This document shows positions 18,495 through 28,200 of a DNA stretch of 64,000 nt, one piece after another (position 1 is the first letter of the stretch; each line of letters begins with the position of its first letter). The position numbers and the translations under genes were made by a program. The notes below the pieces were generated by a model. That model searched no databases. It was not told where the DNA came from and saw only the letters and a list, made by a program, of their open reading frames with translations. The stretch lies in assembly GCA_002787355.1 (NCBI GenBank), contig PCWN01000007.1, forward strand, positions 184,996 to 248,995, read 5' to 3'. This DNA is from Candidatus Magasanikbacteria bacterium CG11_big_fil_rev_8_21_14_0_20_39_34. Its GTDB lineage: Bacteria; Patescibacteriota; Patescibacteriia; Magasanikbacterales; UBA922.

Positions 18495-19082
18495 CTAACG
18501 AGATACGGAATCAAACCTTTTATTGACTTCTTCCCAATTGACCGCATTCATAAAGGCTTCAATATACTCTGCTCGCTTCATGCCATAATCAAAGACAAAG
18601 GCATGTTCAAAAACATCCATAATAAGAAGAGGTTCTGTTCCCACGAGATGTCCAAGATCATGTTCGTTCACCCAAACATGAAAAATTTTATCGCTTCTTT
18701 TGTCATAGGTCATGACTGCCCAACCAATTCCACGTAATGATCCTGTTGAAATAAAATCTCGTTTTGCATTATCAAGGGATCCAAAGGTTTCTTCCAATTT
18801 TTTTGCGAGTGCTGACCCTTTGTCAAATTCCTTTTTTTGAGAAGTCATGTTTTCAAAGTAGTATTCATGCAGACGCATACCTCCAAATTCCCAACCGAAA
18901 CGTCGCTTCATCTCAGCATACTCTGGCCCAAAGTCAGCTACGGTTTGCAGGGTGTGCAATTTTTCCATCACTTTGTTGGTATTTGCCACGTAGCCCTCGT
19001 ACAACTTAAAATGGGTATTGAGTTGGTTATCAGAGAAGCCATCTGTTCCCAAAAGAGAAGAGAAGTCTTTTGCTTGATACAT
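18495..19082 (-). CDS. sod: Fe/Mn-family superoxide dismutase.
   Basis: 'DVFEHAFVFDY' corresponds to the DVWEHAYY motif. 'GSLRGIGWAVM' corresponds to FGSGWxWL. The mid-region His ('LHEYYF') and the N-terminal His are retained. Confidence 0.8.
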   Translation of the reverse strand: MYQAKDFSSLLGTDGFSDNQLNTHFKLYEGYVANTNKVMEKLHTLQTVADFGPEYAEMKRRFGWEFGGMRLHEYYFENMTSQKKEFDKGSALAKKLEETFGSLDNAKRDFISTGSLRGIGWAVMTYDKRSDKIFHVWVNEHDLGHLVGTEPLLIMDVFEHAFVFDYGMKRAEYIEAFMNAVNWEEVNKRFDSVSR

Positions 19083-19107
19083 AAAATTTTGGTTAAGAAG
19101 TTACAAA

Positions 19108-19686
19108 TTAAATCTTTCCTACAAGGTCAAGACCTGGTTTGAGGGTATCGTCACCTGGTTTCCAGCGAGCAGGACACACTTCACCTCCGTGTTCTCGGAC
19201 GTATATAGCTGCTTGAAGCTTGCGAAGCAGCTCTGCCGCACTTCGACCAATACTATTGTCATGGATCTCATAGGCTTTGATTATGCCATCGGGGTCAATG
19301 ATGAAAGTTCCTCTCCAGGAAAGACCTTCTTCGGGAATATAGGTTCCAAATGTTTTGCAAACATGACCGGTTGGGTCTGCAGCCATAGGGTATTGAATCT
19401 GTTTGATACTTGGTGAGTGGTCGTGCCAAGCCTTATGAACAAATACTGTATCTGTACTTACACTAATAATTTCTGCGTTTAGCTTTTGAAATTCTGCATA
19501 ACTATCGGATAAATCAAGAAGCTCTGTAGGACAGACAAAAGTAAAGTCGGCTGGGTAAAAGAAAAGAACGACCCATTTTCCCAGGTAGTCCGATAGACTT
19601 ACTTCCTTGGTTTTTTCATTGTGAAAAACAGTAAATTTGAGTTCATCTACCTTACGCCCAATAAGTGATGTTGGATATTCTTGCAT
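19108..19686 (-). CDS. 2-Cys peroxiredoxin (AhpC/TSA family).
   Basis: Peroxidatic Cys motif 'FTFVCPTEL' and a C-terminal resolving Cys ('VCPA'). Confidence 0.9.
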   Translation of the reverse strand: MQEYPTSLIGRKVDELKFTVFHNEKTKEVSLSDYLGKWVVLFFYPADFTFVCPTELLDLSDSYAEFQKLNAEIISVSTDTVFVHKAWHDHSPSIKQIQYPMAADPTGHVCKTFGTYIPEEGLSWRGTFIIDPDGIIKAYEIHDNSIGRSAAELLRKLQAAIYVREHGGEVCPARWKPGDDTLKPGLDLVGKI

Positions 19687-19851
19687 ATGGTTTCATTATA
19701 TGAATTATACTCTGTGTACACATTTTAACTCGTAAAAATCAATCCGTCAAACCTCTTTCTCTTGAATTTGTCTCTTTGAAAAAAGGAGAAGTACTTATCA
19801 ATTTCATATTTTCCTGCTATACTGAAGACACGGCTATTTATATAAACTTCC

Positions 19852-21594
19852 ATGCCAGCACCACAATTTACAAGAAAAAATGAAGATCGAAAGGAACATG
19901 AAAATGAGGTCTGTCTTTTTGCCGCTACGAATTTTCGCAGTCAGATGAGACGTTTTGGGATAAAAACAGATGATCGACGTCGTCACATGTACATCATTGG
20001 AAAAACAGGTATGGGAAAGTCCACCATGATGGAAAACATGCTTTTACATGACATATATAAAGGCCATGGTGTAGGGCTTGTGGATCCACACGGAGATTTT
20101 GCAGAAAAAATTATTGACTACATTCCTTCTTGGCGTATAAATGATGTTGTCTATTTTAATCCGTCCGATGTAGATTTTCCTATTGGGTTTAATATTTTGG
20201 AAGTAAAGGATGAAAAACAAAAGCACCTTATAGCGTCTGGACTGATGGGGATCTTTAAAAAAATCTGGCCGGATGTCTGGTCATCCCGTATGGAATACAT
20301 CTTGAACAATACCTTGCTTGCACTTTTAGACTATCCGGGATCGACGCTGTTGGGAATTAATAGACTTTTGTCAGACGACAAATATCGTAAACGCGTCATT
20401 GCAAAGCTTACTGATCCCGTTGTCAAAGCATTTTGGCAGATTGAATTTGCTGGGTATAGTGAAAAGTATGCTACTGAGGCAGTTGCACCAATTCAAAATA
20501 AAATCGGTCAGTTTCTTTCCGCGAGTGTCATCCGAAATATGGTTTCACAGGTAAAATCTACCATAGATGTACGTGGACTTATGGACAGTGGAAAAATTCT
20601 TATCATGAATCTTTCGAAAGGAAGAATAGGGGAGGACAATAGTAGACTCCTCGGAGGGATGCTGATTACCAAAATCCAGTTGGCGGCTATGGAACGAGTA
20701 GATATTCCGGAAGAAGAACGTCAGGATTTCTTTTTGTACGTTGATGAGTTTCAAAATTTTGCAACTCCATCTTTTGCAAATATTCTTTCTGAAGCACGTA
20801 AGTATCGGTTGGGCCTCATTATGGCCCATCAATACGTGGCGCAACTTGATGAAGTAGTAGCAGATGCGGTATTTGGAAACGTAGGAACCATTGTGACCTT
20901 CCGTGTGGGGGGAGCAGATGCTGAAATGCTTGCCAAAGAATTTGCTCCAACGTTTATCGAAGAAGATATTGTCAGTCTTGGGAAATATAATGTTTTTTTG
21001 AAACTTATGATAGATGGTGTTGCGTCTCAGCCCTTTAGTGCCACAACACTTCCACCGGTTGCCAATAGAACAGGAAGTGCAGAAAAAATTATACAGGTGA
21101 GTCGTGAGCGTTATGCAAAAACAAGGGCTGATGTTGAAGACAAAATTATGCGTTGGAGTATGTCGAGTCTTCAGTTTGGAAGTGGTACGGATGAAGAGGA
21201 AGATTCATCTTCAGATGAAGAAATCAAAAAAGAAAGAAGTTCAAAACCAAGAGAGGATTTCAAGCGTTCTGATAAAGAAGAATGGGGACAGGCGGTGCCA
21301 CAACCAAAAATTCAACCTGAGCAAGAAATGGAAATCGAGGAAGATCCAGAGGTATTTGCTGGAGAGTTGTTCATTGGGGATGTGAAGAAAGAATCATCTC
21401 ATGAAGAAGATACATCAAAAACAGAAGCTGAAGAAGAAGAGAAACCAGAAAAATCTGAAACTGATAGAGTGCTCGTACACCAAGAAGCAGAAGTCTCTGA
21501 TTCATCAACGGAAAAGCCTAAGAAAAAGCGCAAACGTAAACGTAAAAAGAAATCTAAAGAAAATCAAAATGCAAAAAGCGAACAAACTTCATAA
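19852..21594 (+). CDS. FtsK/HerA-superfamily ATPase resembling type IV secretion coupling proteins (TraD/TraG/VirD4 'TraM-recognition' type), with a long charged C-terminal tail.
   Basis: Walker A 'IIGKTGMGKST', 'VDPHGDF', Walker B 'LYVDEFQNF' and 'MAHQY'. The C-terminal ~170 aa are E/D/K-rich and end 'KKKRKRKRKKKSK'. Confidence 0.55.
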   Translation: MPAPQFTRKNEDRKEHENEVCLFAATNFRSQMRRFGIKTDDRRRHMYIIGKTGMGKSTMMENMLLHDIYKGHGVGLVDPHGDFAEKIIDYIPSWRINDVVYFNPSDVDFPIGFNILEVKDEKQKHLIASGLMGIFKKIWPDVWSSRMEYILNNTLLALLDYPGSTLLGINRLLSDDKYRKRVIAKLTDPVVKAFWQIEFAGYSEKYATEAVAPIQNKIGQFLSASVIRNMVSQVKSTIDVRGLMDSGKILIMNLSKGRIGEDNSRLLGGMLITKIQLAAMERVDIPEEERQDFFLYVDEFQNFATPSFANILSEARKYRLGLIMAHQYVAQLDEVVADAVFGNVGTIVTFRVGGADAEMLAKEFAPTFIEEDIVSLGKYNVFLKLMIDGVASQPFSATTLPPVANRTGSAEKIIQVSRERYAKTRADVEDKIMRWSMSSLQFGSGTDEEEDSSSDEEIKKERSSKPREDFKRSDKEEWGQAVPQPKIQPEQEMEIEEDPEVFAGELFIGDVKKESSHEEDTSKTEAEEEEKPEKSETDRVLVHQEAEVSDSSTEKPKKKRKRKRKKKSKENQNAKSEQTS

Positions 21595-23815
21595 TTTTTT
21601 GTCCCATTTTTCTCGTTTTTTATTGTACTGTGGTGTGGTTACCCTCCCACTTTTTGTGTTGGGTTTTACGCGTGACTGGCATAACTTTCCAAAAGGCATC
21701 CTTTTGGGTGCGATAGTCCTCAGTGTAGCTTTTTTATGGTTGCTTGATATCACAATTACCAAGGAGATGTATTTGCGAAAAACTCTTTTGGACACTCCCT
21801 TTTTGGTTTTTTTGGTACTTCTTCTTATAAGTAGTTTGGTCTCGGTCAATAAACTTATTAGCTTTTCTGGTTTGCCAGAACACTATGTGTTTCATTTTTT
21901 TGGTGTACTTTTTTTGTATGGCTGGTTTTGGTTTTGTGTTCAATATATTAATAAAATTTCTCAGTGGAAATTACTTGCAACCTTATTTTTAAGTTCTATA
22001 GTGGGTGTTTCTATTCTTTATATCACGAAGTGGCTTCCAAGTGGAATCCTCAATACCATTGCTTCTGATTCTATCTCTCTGGCTGTTTTATGTGCTGTTG
22101 TAGGAGTCATAGGTTGGGGGCTTGTACTACAGAGAAAAAATAACTATGTCATGCAAATAGTAGGTCTCTTGGTTGGGCTTTCGTCATATATTGTTCTTTT
22201 ACGACTTGATTTTACCGTTGCATGGGTTATGTTTTGTCTGGGGATGGGACTTTTATTAGTACTGGGGATTACGCTTTTGGCAGAGACACGTATGTCTGTC
22301 CTTACCCTTATTTTTTTCCTTTTTTTGGTTTCATTACTTTTTATATTTTTTGGAGCCCCTACACATCTCAAAGATAAAGTTCCATTAGATATTTCACTTG
22401 GAGCCGCTGCCTCATGGCAAATCACTTCATCTGCTTTTTTTGATAATATAAAAACTTTTTTGATTGGAAGTGGTCCGGGCACTTTTCTTTATGACTTTTC
22501 TAAATACAGAACCGCATCTTTTAATGCAAATCAGTTTATTTGGTTGGAGCGTTTTCATACCCCATATAATACGGTTTTTGCCATTCTTTCTGAAACGGGT
22601 ATTTTGGGCTTTCTCGCTTTTTTTGTCATCATTCTATTGTCTGTAGGAAGTATGTTTTCTGGATGGCTCAAGACACGACCGTCTGTTTGGGGAGAAGCAA
22701 AACAGTTTCTACTTCACAAAGATACGGAGCTTATTCGTTTTGAAGTTTTTGTATTTGTTGTTGCATGGCTTACATTGTCGGTAGCAATGTTCTTTCTGTA
22801 TTTTAACTTTACCCTATGGTGGGTATGGTGGACACTTCTTGGGATCATCATTGTTGGGCTCTATACTATGGTTCCGGGTCTTGTAAAAGAAAAAGCATTA
22901 ATGTTAAAAGTTTCACCACAGTATGCACTGTTTTTATCCTTTACCATGGTGTTTGTATTAACTATAATTTTAGTAGTCAGTGTTCTTGATGCAAGAGTTT
23001 ATTTAGCGGAAGTACACTACTCAAAAGCAATTAAAGAAAATAGCAGTGATAGAATTGAGCGAGAACTTCATTTGGCGTTAGGACTGCGTCCAGAATATGC
23101 TCCGTATAAGGTTGCACTTGCAAAATTATACTTGCAAAATGCACGTGTAGAATCCCAAAATGCAACTCCCAATGCAGATAAAATTGCCGACTTTATTTCT
23201 CTTGCAGTAAAAGAAGCTCGTGAATCCGCCCAAGAAAGTCCAAATAGTATCGTCAACTGGGAAACCTTGGCAGTTATGTATATCAATGCTCGACCGCTTG
23301 CCCCAGACGCCAATACCTGGGCTATAGATGCACTTGAGCGTTCACTCTCACTTGAGCCAAGCAATGCTATTTTGGAGTGGCGTCTTGCAGATACATACAG
23401 ATTTGCCAACCAATTGGATAAGGCAGAGGAAGGTTATAAAAAGGCGATAGCACTCAAACCGGACTATGCAAAGGCCTATATTGACCTTGCACTTTTATAC
23501 GAATCACAGAATAAACTTACTGAGGCAATCAACACCTATGCCCCTATTTATCCAGCTATAGAAAATAATGTAGAAGCACTATTTAATTTGGGAAGACTCT
23601 TTTACAATAGGGGAGAAGATCAGGATTTTGATAAAGCAAAGCAGTTGTTTGAAAGGGTCATATCCATAGAACCAAACTATTCCAATGCGCTCTTTAGTCT
23701 GGGACTCATAGCAGAGAGAAATGGGCAAACGGAAGCGGCAAAGGGGTATTTTTCAAAAGCTTTGGAATTAAATCCAGATAATCAAGAACTCAAAGATAGG
23801 CTAAAAAAGTTATAA
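21569..23815 (+). CDS. O-antigen ligase/polymerase-like multi-pass membrane protein with a C-terminal TPR-repeat domain.
   Basis: About 10 or more TM segments are followed by TPR-like repeats ('AEEGYKKAIALKPDYAKAYIDLALLYESQNKLTEA...'). Start taken at internal 'MQKANKL', overlapping the upstream gene. Confidence 0.5.
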   Translation: MQKANKLHNFLSHFSRFLLYCGVVTLPLFVLGFTRDWHNFPKGILLGAIVLSVAFLWLLDITITKEMYLRKTLLDTPFLVFLVLLLISSLVSVNKLISFSGLPEHYVFHFFGVLFLYGWFWFCVQYINKISQWKLLATLFLSSIVGVSILYITKWLPSGILNTIASDSISLAVLCAVVGVIGWGLVLQRKNNYVMQIVGLLVGLSSYIVLLRLDFTVAWVMFCLGMGLLLVLGITLLAETRMSVLTLIFFLFLVSLLFIFFGAPTHLKDKVPLDISLGAAASWQITSSAFFDNIKTFLIGSGPGTFLYDFSKYRTASFNANQFIWLERFHTPYNTVFAILSETGILGFLAFFVIILLSVGSMFSGWLKTRPSVWGEAKQFLLHKDTELIRFEVFVFVVAWLTLSVAMFFLYFNFTLWWVWWTLLGIIIVGLYTMVPGLVKEKALMLKVSPQYALFLSFTMVFVLTIILVVSVLDARVYLAEVHYSKAIKENSSDRIERELHLALGLRPEYAPYKVALAKLYLQNARVESQNATPNADKIADFISLAVKEARESAQESPNSIVNWETLAVMYINARPLAPDANTWAIDALERSLSLEPSNAILEWRLADTYRFANQLDKAEEGYKKAIALKPDYAKAYIDLALLYESQNKLTEAINTYAPIYPAIENNVEALFNLGRLFYNRGEDQDFDKAKQLFERVISIEPNYSNALFSLGLIAERNGQTEAAKGYFSKALELNPDNQELKDRLKKL

Positions 23816-23827
23816 ATATAAAATAAG

Positions 23828-23855
23828 AAAAGGGCCTCTCAAAGGCCCTTTTTTG
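23828..23855 (+). terminator. Intrinsic terminator.
   Basis: AAAAGGGCC-tctcaaa-GGCCCTTTT followed by a T-run. Confidence 0.7.
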
Positions 23856-23989
23856 TTTGGTAAATGGAGAAAAAACGAAAACAGCGACCGAAGCCGCCGT
23901 TTTCTACCCACCTGTCACGCTGTTGGAGCCAAAACTTACAAAAGTAAATTTTTACTCACTGACGTGACACGTTATTATGCCATAAAACA

Positions 23990-24018
23990 TTGCTTTTGTC
24001 AAGAGGACATGCTATAAT
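23990..24018 (+). promoter_or_regulatory. Sigma-70-like promoter with an extended -10.
   Basis: TTGCTT, 17-nt spacer, then TGcTATAAT, about 45 nt upstream of the ATG at 24062. Confidence 0.55.
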
Positions 24019-24061
24019 ATATGTGAATAAGTATAAAATTAAGCTAATTTAAGCATATATT

Positions 24062-24469
24062 ATGAACTACACACGAGCTCTTCTTACCTCAATTATGTTT
24101 TACATAGGTATAGCTGTTATTGCTATACTCCTTATGGAGTTTGGTCATTTTACCAATGAATCCAATCTCTTCCATGCTATTTTTACGCTTCTCTCTATTC
24201 CTTTGGTACTTCTTGCCGCGAAGTGGTATTTCCACAAGGATTCACCACCAACAGCCAAAAAGGGATTGGGGTTGGGTATTATAGTATTTGCTTGGGTGAT
24301 CATATTTGATATTATCTTCCGTGTTCCACAACAAATGTCCGGTTCAATTGTAGCATATTATTCAGATTGGAAATTGCTCGGTGAATACCTTTTTGATATT
24401 TTGTTGTTTGCCTATGCCGGTTTTGAATTTGACGATGTATATACACAGGGCGCAGAGAAAGGGGAATAG
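24062..24469 (+). CDS. Hypothetical small membrane protein.
   Basis: Four hydrophobic segments and no recognisable motif. Confidence 0.35.
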   Translation: MNYTRALLTSIMFYIGIAVIAILLMEFGHFTNESNLFHAIFTLLSIPLVLLAAKWYFHKDSPPTAKKGLGLGIIVFAWVIIFDIIFRVPQQMSGSIVAYYSDWKLLGEYLFDILLFAYAGFEFDDVYTQGAEKGE

Positions 24470-24488
24470 TATTTTAAAATTTTTTAGT

Positions 24489-25115
24489 ATGGGTTATTCA
24501 CAAAAACAGCAAGATCTTTTGGATTTTACCTCTCAGAGAGTAAGAGATCTTTTTGAGAGCTTTCCAGCCCCAGCACATGGGATAGAACACGCACAAAGGG
24601 TTGCCATGAGGATAAAAGATATTGCCGAACAAGAAGGGGAAGATGTATTTTTTTGTGAGCTTTTGGGTTGGCTTCATGATGTTGGCCGTGCTGCGGAATT
24701 TCATAATAATCCAGAGAATAAACAACATCAGGAACTTTCCTACGATTTACTTCGAGTTTGGTTCCGTGAGGTTGACCAGTTTCAAGTGTTATCAGAATCT
24801 CAAAAGTTAGAGCTTTTGTATGGTATCCGTTGGCATTGGAATGATAGAGCAGATGGCTACAAAACAGCTATTATTCTTCGTGATGCCGATAAGTTGGATG
24901 CTATGGGAAGGATTGGGCTGGACCGAATTTATGAATTTTGTGCGCATGTGCCAACGCTAAGTGTTCAGACTGATCTGCGTTTTCGGTATCATATGAAAGA
25001 TTTTATTCGCACAAAAGCGGCTCAAGAAATATTTGAAAAAGAAAAACTTTTTGAACCTATTGAAACCGAGCTTTTTACATTGCTCGATGAAGCCATTGTT
25101 CCCTGTGAATTGTAA
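24489..25115 (+). CDS. HD-domain phosphohydrolase.
   Basis: 'HGIEHAQRV' (H...HD-like), 'LLGWLHDVGR' and downstream 'RDADKLDAMG' motifs. Confidence 0.7.
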   Translation: MGYSQKQQDLLDFTSQRVRDLFESFPAPAHGIEHAQRVAMRIKDIAEQEGEDVFFCELLGWLHDVGRAAEFHNNPENKQHQELSYDLLRVWFREVDQFQVLSESQKLELLYGIRWHWNDRADGYKTAIILRDADKLDAMGRIGLDRIYEFCAHVPTLSVQTDLRFRYHMKDFIRTKAAQEIFEKEKLFEPIETELFTLLDEAIVPCEL

Positions 25116-25128
25116 TTTGAATTAAAAA

Positions 25129-26232
25129 ATGTCCCAAAAAAGGAAAAAAGTTCTTGTTTGTCTTTCAGGGGGTGTCGACTCAGCAGTTGCCGCCCTTTTG
25201 TTGCAGAAAGAGGGATATGAGGTGACGGGGGCCTACATGAAGCAGTGGAGTGATACCAAAGAGCTCTCTGGCGTGTGTAGTTGGAAGGAAGACAGAAGAA
25301 CTGCTATTCGGGTTGCTGCACATTTGGACATTCCAATTATTACTCTGGATTTTGAACAGGAATACAAAAAGTGGGTCATGGAATATATGTTTGATGCCTA
25401 TGAGGCGGGAAGAACCCCTAATCCGGATGTTATGTGCAACAAGTTTATTAAATTTGGTGTTTGGTTGGAAAAGGCGCTTGAGATGGGTTTTGACTCTATG
25501 GCTACTGGTCACTATGCCAGGATAAAAGAAGAAAAAAAGAAATTCTTCTTGGCGCAGGCAAAGGATGAAGGAAAAGATCAAACCTATTTTCTCCATCAAG
25601 TCACGACTGATCAATTGGAACATGTACTTTTTCCATTAGGAGGATATACCAAGGAAGAAGTTCGAGTATTAGCCCAAAAAAATAACCTTCCAAATGCAAA
25701 TCGTGAAGAATCCATGGGAATTTGTTTTGTGGGAGAAGTTCCTATGAATGAATTTTTACAACAAAAAATTTCAAAGCATCCAGGAACTGTGCGTATGAGC
25801 AGTGGAGAAGAGGTGGGATCTCATGATGGGCTGAGCTTTTATACTATTGGGCAACGTCATGTGCATATCAAAAATCCAAGGTCAGAAGTCATTTCTCATC
25901 TTGGGGGTGGTGAAAATACGAAACCGCTCTATGTTCTCAAAAAGGATTTTGAAAAGAATGAACTTATCGTCGGTTTTGAGGATGACCCACTCATGTTTTC
26001 AAAAATAATAGGTGTTTCCGGTATACATTGGATAAGTGGACAAAATCCAGACTTTCCACTAGAATGTGCGGTGAGACTTCGTCATAGGCAGGAGTTGCAA
26101 CCTTGCAGTGTTTCTCTTCTTGAGGGAAAAGTATCTATTGAAATGAAAGAACCTCAAAAATCTATCACTCCAGGACAATTTGCTGTTTTCTATAAGAAAG
26201 GGATTTGTTTGGGTGGTGGTGAAATTATTTAA
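25129..26232 (+). CDS. mnmA: tRNA-specific 2-thiouridylase MnmA.
   Basis: PP-loop 'VLVCLSGGVDSAV', 'ATGHYAR' and the Cys-containing catalytic motifs. Confidence 0.9.
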   Translation: MSQKRKKVLVCLSGGVDSAVAALLLQKEGYEVTGAYMKQWSDTKELSGVCSWKEDRRTAIRVAAHLDIPIITLDFEQEYKKWVMEYMFDAYEAGRTPNPDVMCNKFIKFGVWLEKALEMGFDSMATGHYARIKEEKKKFFLAQAKDEGKDQTYFLHQVTTDQLEHVLFPLGGYTKEEVRVLAQKNNLPNANREESMGICFVGEVPMNEFLQQKISKHPGTVRMSSGEEVGSHDGLSFYTIGQRHVHIKNPRSEVISHLGGGENTKPLYVLKKDFEKNELIVGFEDDPLMFSKIIGVSGIHWISGQNPDFPLECAVRLRHRQELQPCSVSLLEGKVSIEMKEPQKSITPGQFAVFYKKGICLGGGEII

Positions 26233-26242
26233 TATTTTATAT

Positions 26243-28198
26243 ATGAAAACTAACGATATTCGACAAAAATATTTGGAATTTTTTCAGAAAAAGCAACATG
26301 AAATTTTGACGTCTGCTTCATTGCTTCCAGAAAACGATCCAACAACACTTTTCACGGGTTCTGGAATGCAACCAATGGTACCGTATCTTTTGGGTGAAAA
26401 ACATCCATTGGGAGTAAGACTTGCGGATTCACAAAAGTGTTTTCGTTCTGGAGATATAGATGAAGTAGGGGATAATCGACATACTACCTTTTTTGAAATG
26501 CTTGGGAATTGGAGTCTTGGTGATTATTTTAAAGAAGAGCAAATTTCATGGATGTGGGAATTTTTAACACAAGAACTTGGTTTGGATCCAGAGCACCTCT
26601 ATGTTACTTGTTTTACCGGAAGTGAGGAACTTTCTATACCAAGAGATGAAGAGTCGGCTCACTTGTGGCAAAAACTTTTTCAAGAAAGGGGAATTGAAGC
26701 AAAAATAGTTGAAAATTCAGAAGAAGAAGGAATGCAAGGAGGAAGAATCTTTTATTACTCGGAAAAAAAGAATTGGTGGAGTCGTAGTGGCATTCCACAA
26801 AATATGCCAGAAGGGGAACCGGGGGGACCTGATACCGAAATGTTTTGGGATTTTGGTGAGAAACTTGGGCTTCATGAGAAGTCATCATGGAAGGATTTGC
26901 CTTGCCATGTAAATTGTGATTGCGGACGATTTGTAGAAATTGGCAACAATGTTTTCATGCAGTACAAAAAAACATCTTCTGGATTTGAACAGCTGGTACA
27001 GAAGAATGTGGATTTTGGTGGAGGACTTGAAAGAGTGGCTGCTGCGGTCAACAATGATCCGGATATTTTTACGATTGACCTCTTTGATGGAGTACGATCT
27101 ACCTTGGAAGAACTTTCTGGAAAAAAATATGGTGAAGATGAAAAAGATACCTTTGCTTTTCGTGTGATATTAGATCATATGAGAGCTGCTGTTTTTCTTA
27201 TTAGTGATGGTGCCTATCCATCCAATAAAGACCAGGGATACTTTACTCGAAGGTTGGTGCGTCGTGCGATACAATTTTCTGCACATTTGGATATTACTGA
27301 AAATTTTGTTGAGCGTTGTACTCGTTCTATTATTGAAACCTATCAGTATGCCTACCCGCTTCTTCAAGAAAAATTGGATGAAATTGTAAAGGTGCTGAAG
27401 ACGGAAGAAGAAAAATTTCGCAAGGCTATTGAAAGAGCAAAAAAAGAATACAATAAAATTGAAGGAGAGATACAATCTTTGCTTGAAGGAACTTCAAATA
27501 CGGAAAATACCGAACTCATTTATGAAAAGCTTGCCGGGATATGTGCAAACTTATACCAAACACATGGACTTCCATTTGAAATTTTTGTAGAATTTGTAGA
27601 AAAGTTAGGTTTTCAGATAGATGAGCATAAGCTTTCTCGTGCATTTGAACAAGAATTTAAAAAGCATCAAGAACTCTCACGTCAGGGATCTGAGCAAAAG
27701 TTTAAAGGAGGACTTTCTGATCATAGTGACATGAGTATAAAATATCACACGGCTACACACCTATTGCATATTGCCCTGCGCAAGGTTCTTGGAGATCATG
27801 TTGGTCAAAAGGGAAGCAATATTACTCCGGAACGTTTACGTTTTGATTTTTCCCACAATGATAAGCTTACAGAGGATCAACTCAAACAAGTGGAAGATTT
27901 GGTAAATGCTGCCATAGAGAAAGATTACCCCGTATCTTTTCAGGAGATGAAGGTGGAGGAAGCGTATAAGGAAGGTGTTATTGGTATGTTTCCAGAGCGG
28001 TATGATGATGTGGTGAAAGTATATACCATTGGGGACCCAACTCATCCGGGAAATGCAAATCCAGAAGAACCTACATTTAGTCGTGAAATCTGTGGTGGGC
28101 CACATGTGGAACACACAGGAGTTCTAGGCCACTTTACAATTACCAAGGAGGAGTCCTGTAGTGCTGGGGTAAGAAGAATAAAAGCCATTTTAGAGTAG
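26243..28198 (+). CDS. alaS: Alanine--tRNA ligase, short form lacking the C-terminal C-Ala domain.
   Basis: Class II AlaRS N-terminus 'FFQKKQHEILTSASLLPENDPTTLFTGSGMQ...FRSGDIDEVG...HTTFFEMLGNWSLGDYFK'. The editing-domain motifs 'HTATHLLH' and 'CGGPHV' are present. The protein is only about 650 aa. Confidence 0.9.
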   Translation: MKTNDIRQKYLEFFQKKQHEILTSASLLPENDPTTLFTGSGMQPMVPYLLGEKHPLGVRLADSQKCFRSGDIDEVGDNRHTTFFEMLGNWSLGDYFKEEQISWMWEFLTQELGLDPEHLYVTCFTGSEELSIPRDEESAHLWQKLFQERGIEAKIVENSEEEGMQGGRIFYYSEKKNWWSRSGIPQNMPEGEPGGPDTEMFWDFGEKLGLHEKSSWKDLPCHVNCDCGRFVEIGNNVFMQYKKTSSGFEQLVQKNVDFGGGLERVAAAVNNDPDIFTIDLFDGVRSTLEELSGKKYGEDEKDTFAFRVILDHMRAAVFLISDGAYPSNKDQGYFTRRLVRRAIQFSAHLDITENFVERCTRSIIETYQYAYPLLQEKLDEIVKVLKTEEEKFRKAIERAKKEYNKIEGEIQSLLEGTSNTENTELIYEKLAGICANLYQTHGLPFEIFVEFVEKLGFQIDEHKLSRAFEQEFKKHQELSRQGSEQKFKGGLSDHSDMSIKYHTATHLLHIALRKVLGDHVGQKGSNITPERLRFDFSHNDKLTEDQLKQVEDLVNAAIEKDYPVSFQEMKVEEAYKEGVIGMFPERYDDVVKVYTIGDPTHPGNANPEEPTFSREICGGPHVEHTGVLGHFTITKEESCSAGVRRIKAILE

Positions 28199-28200
28199 TC

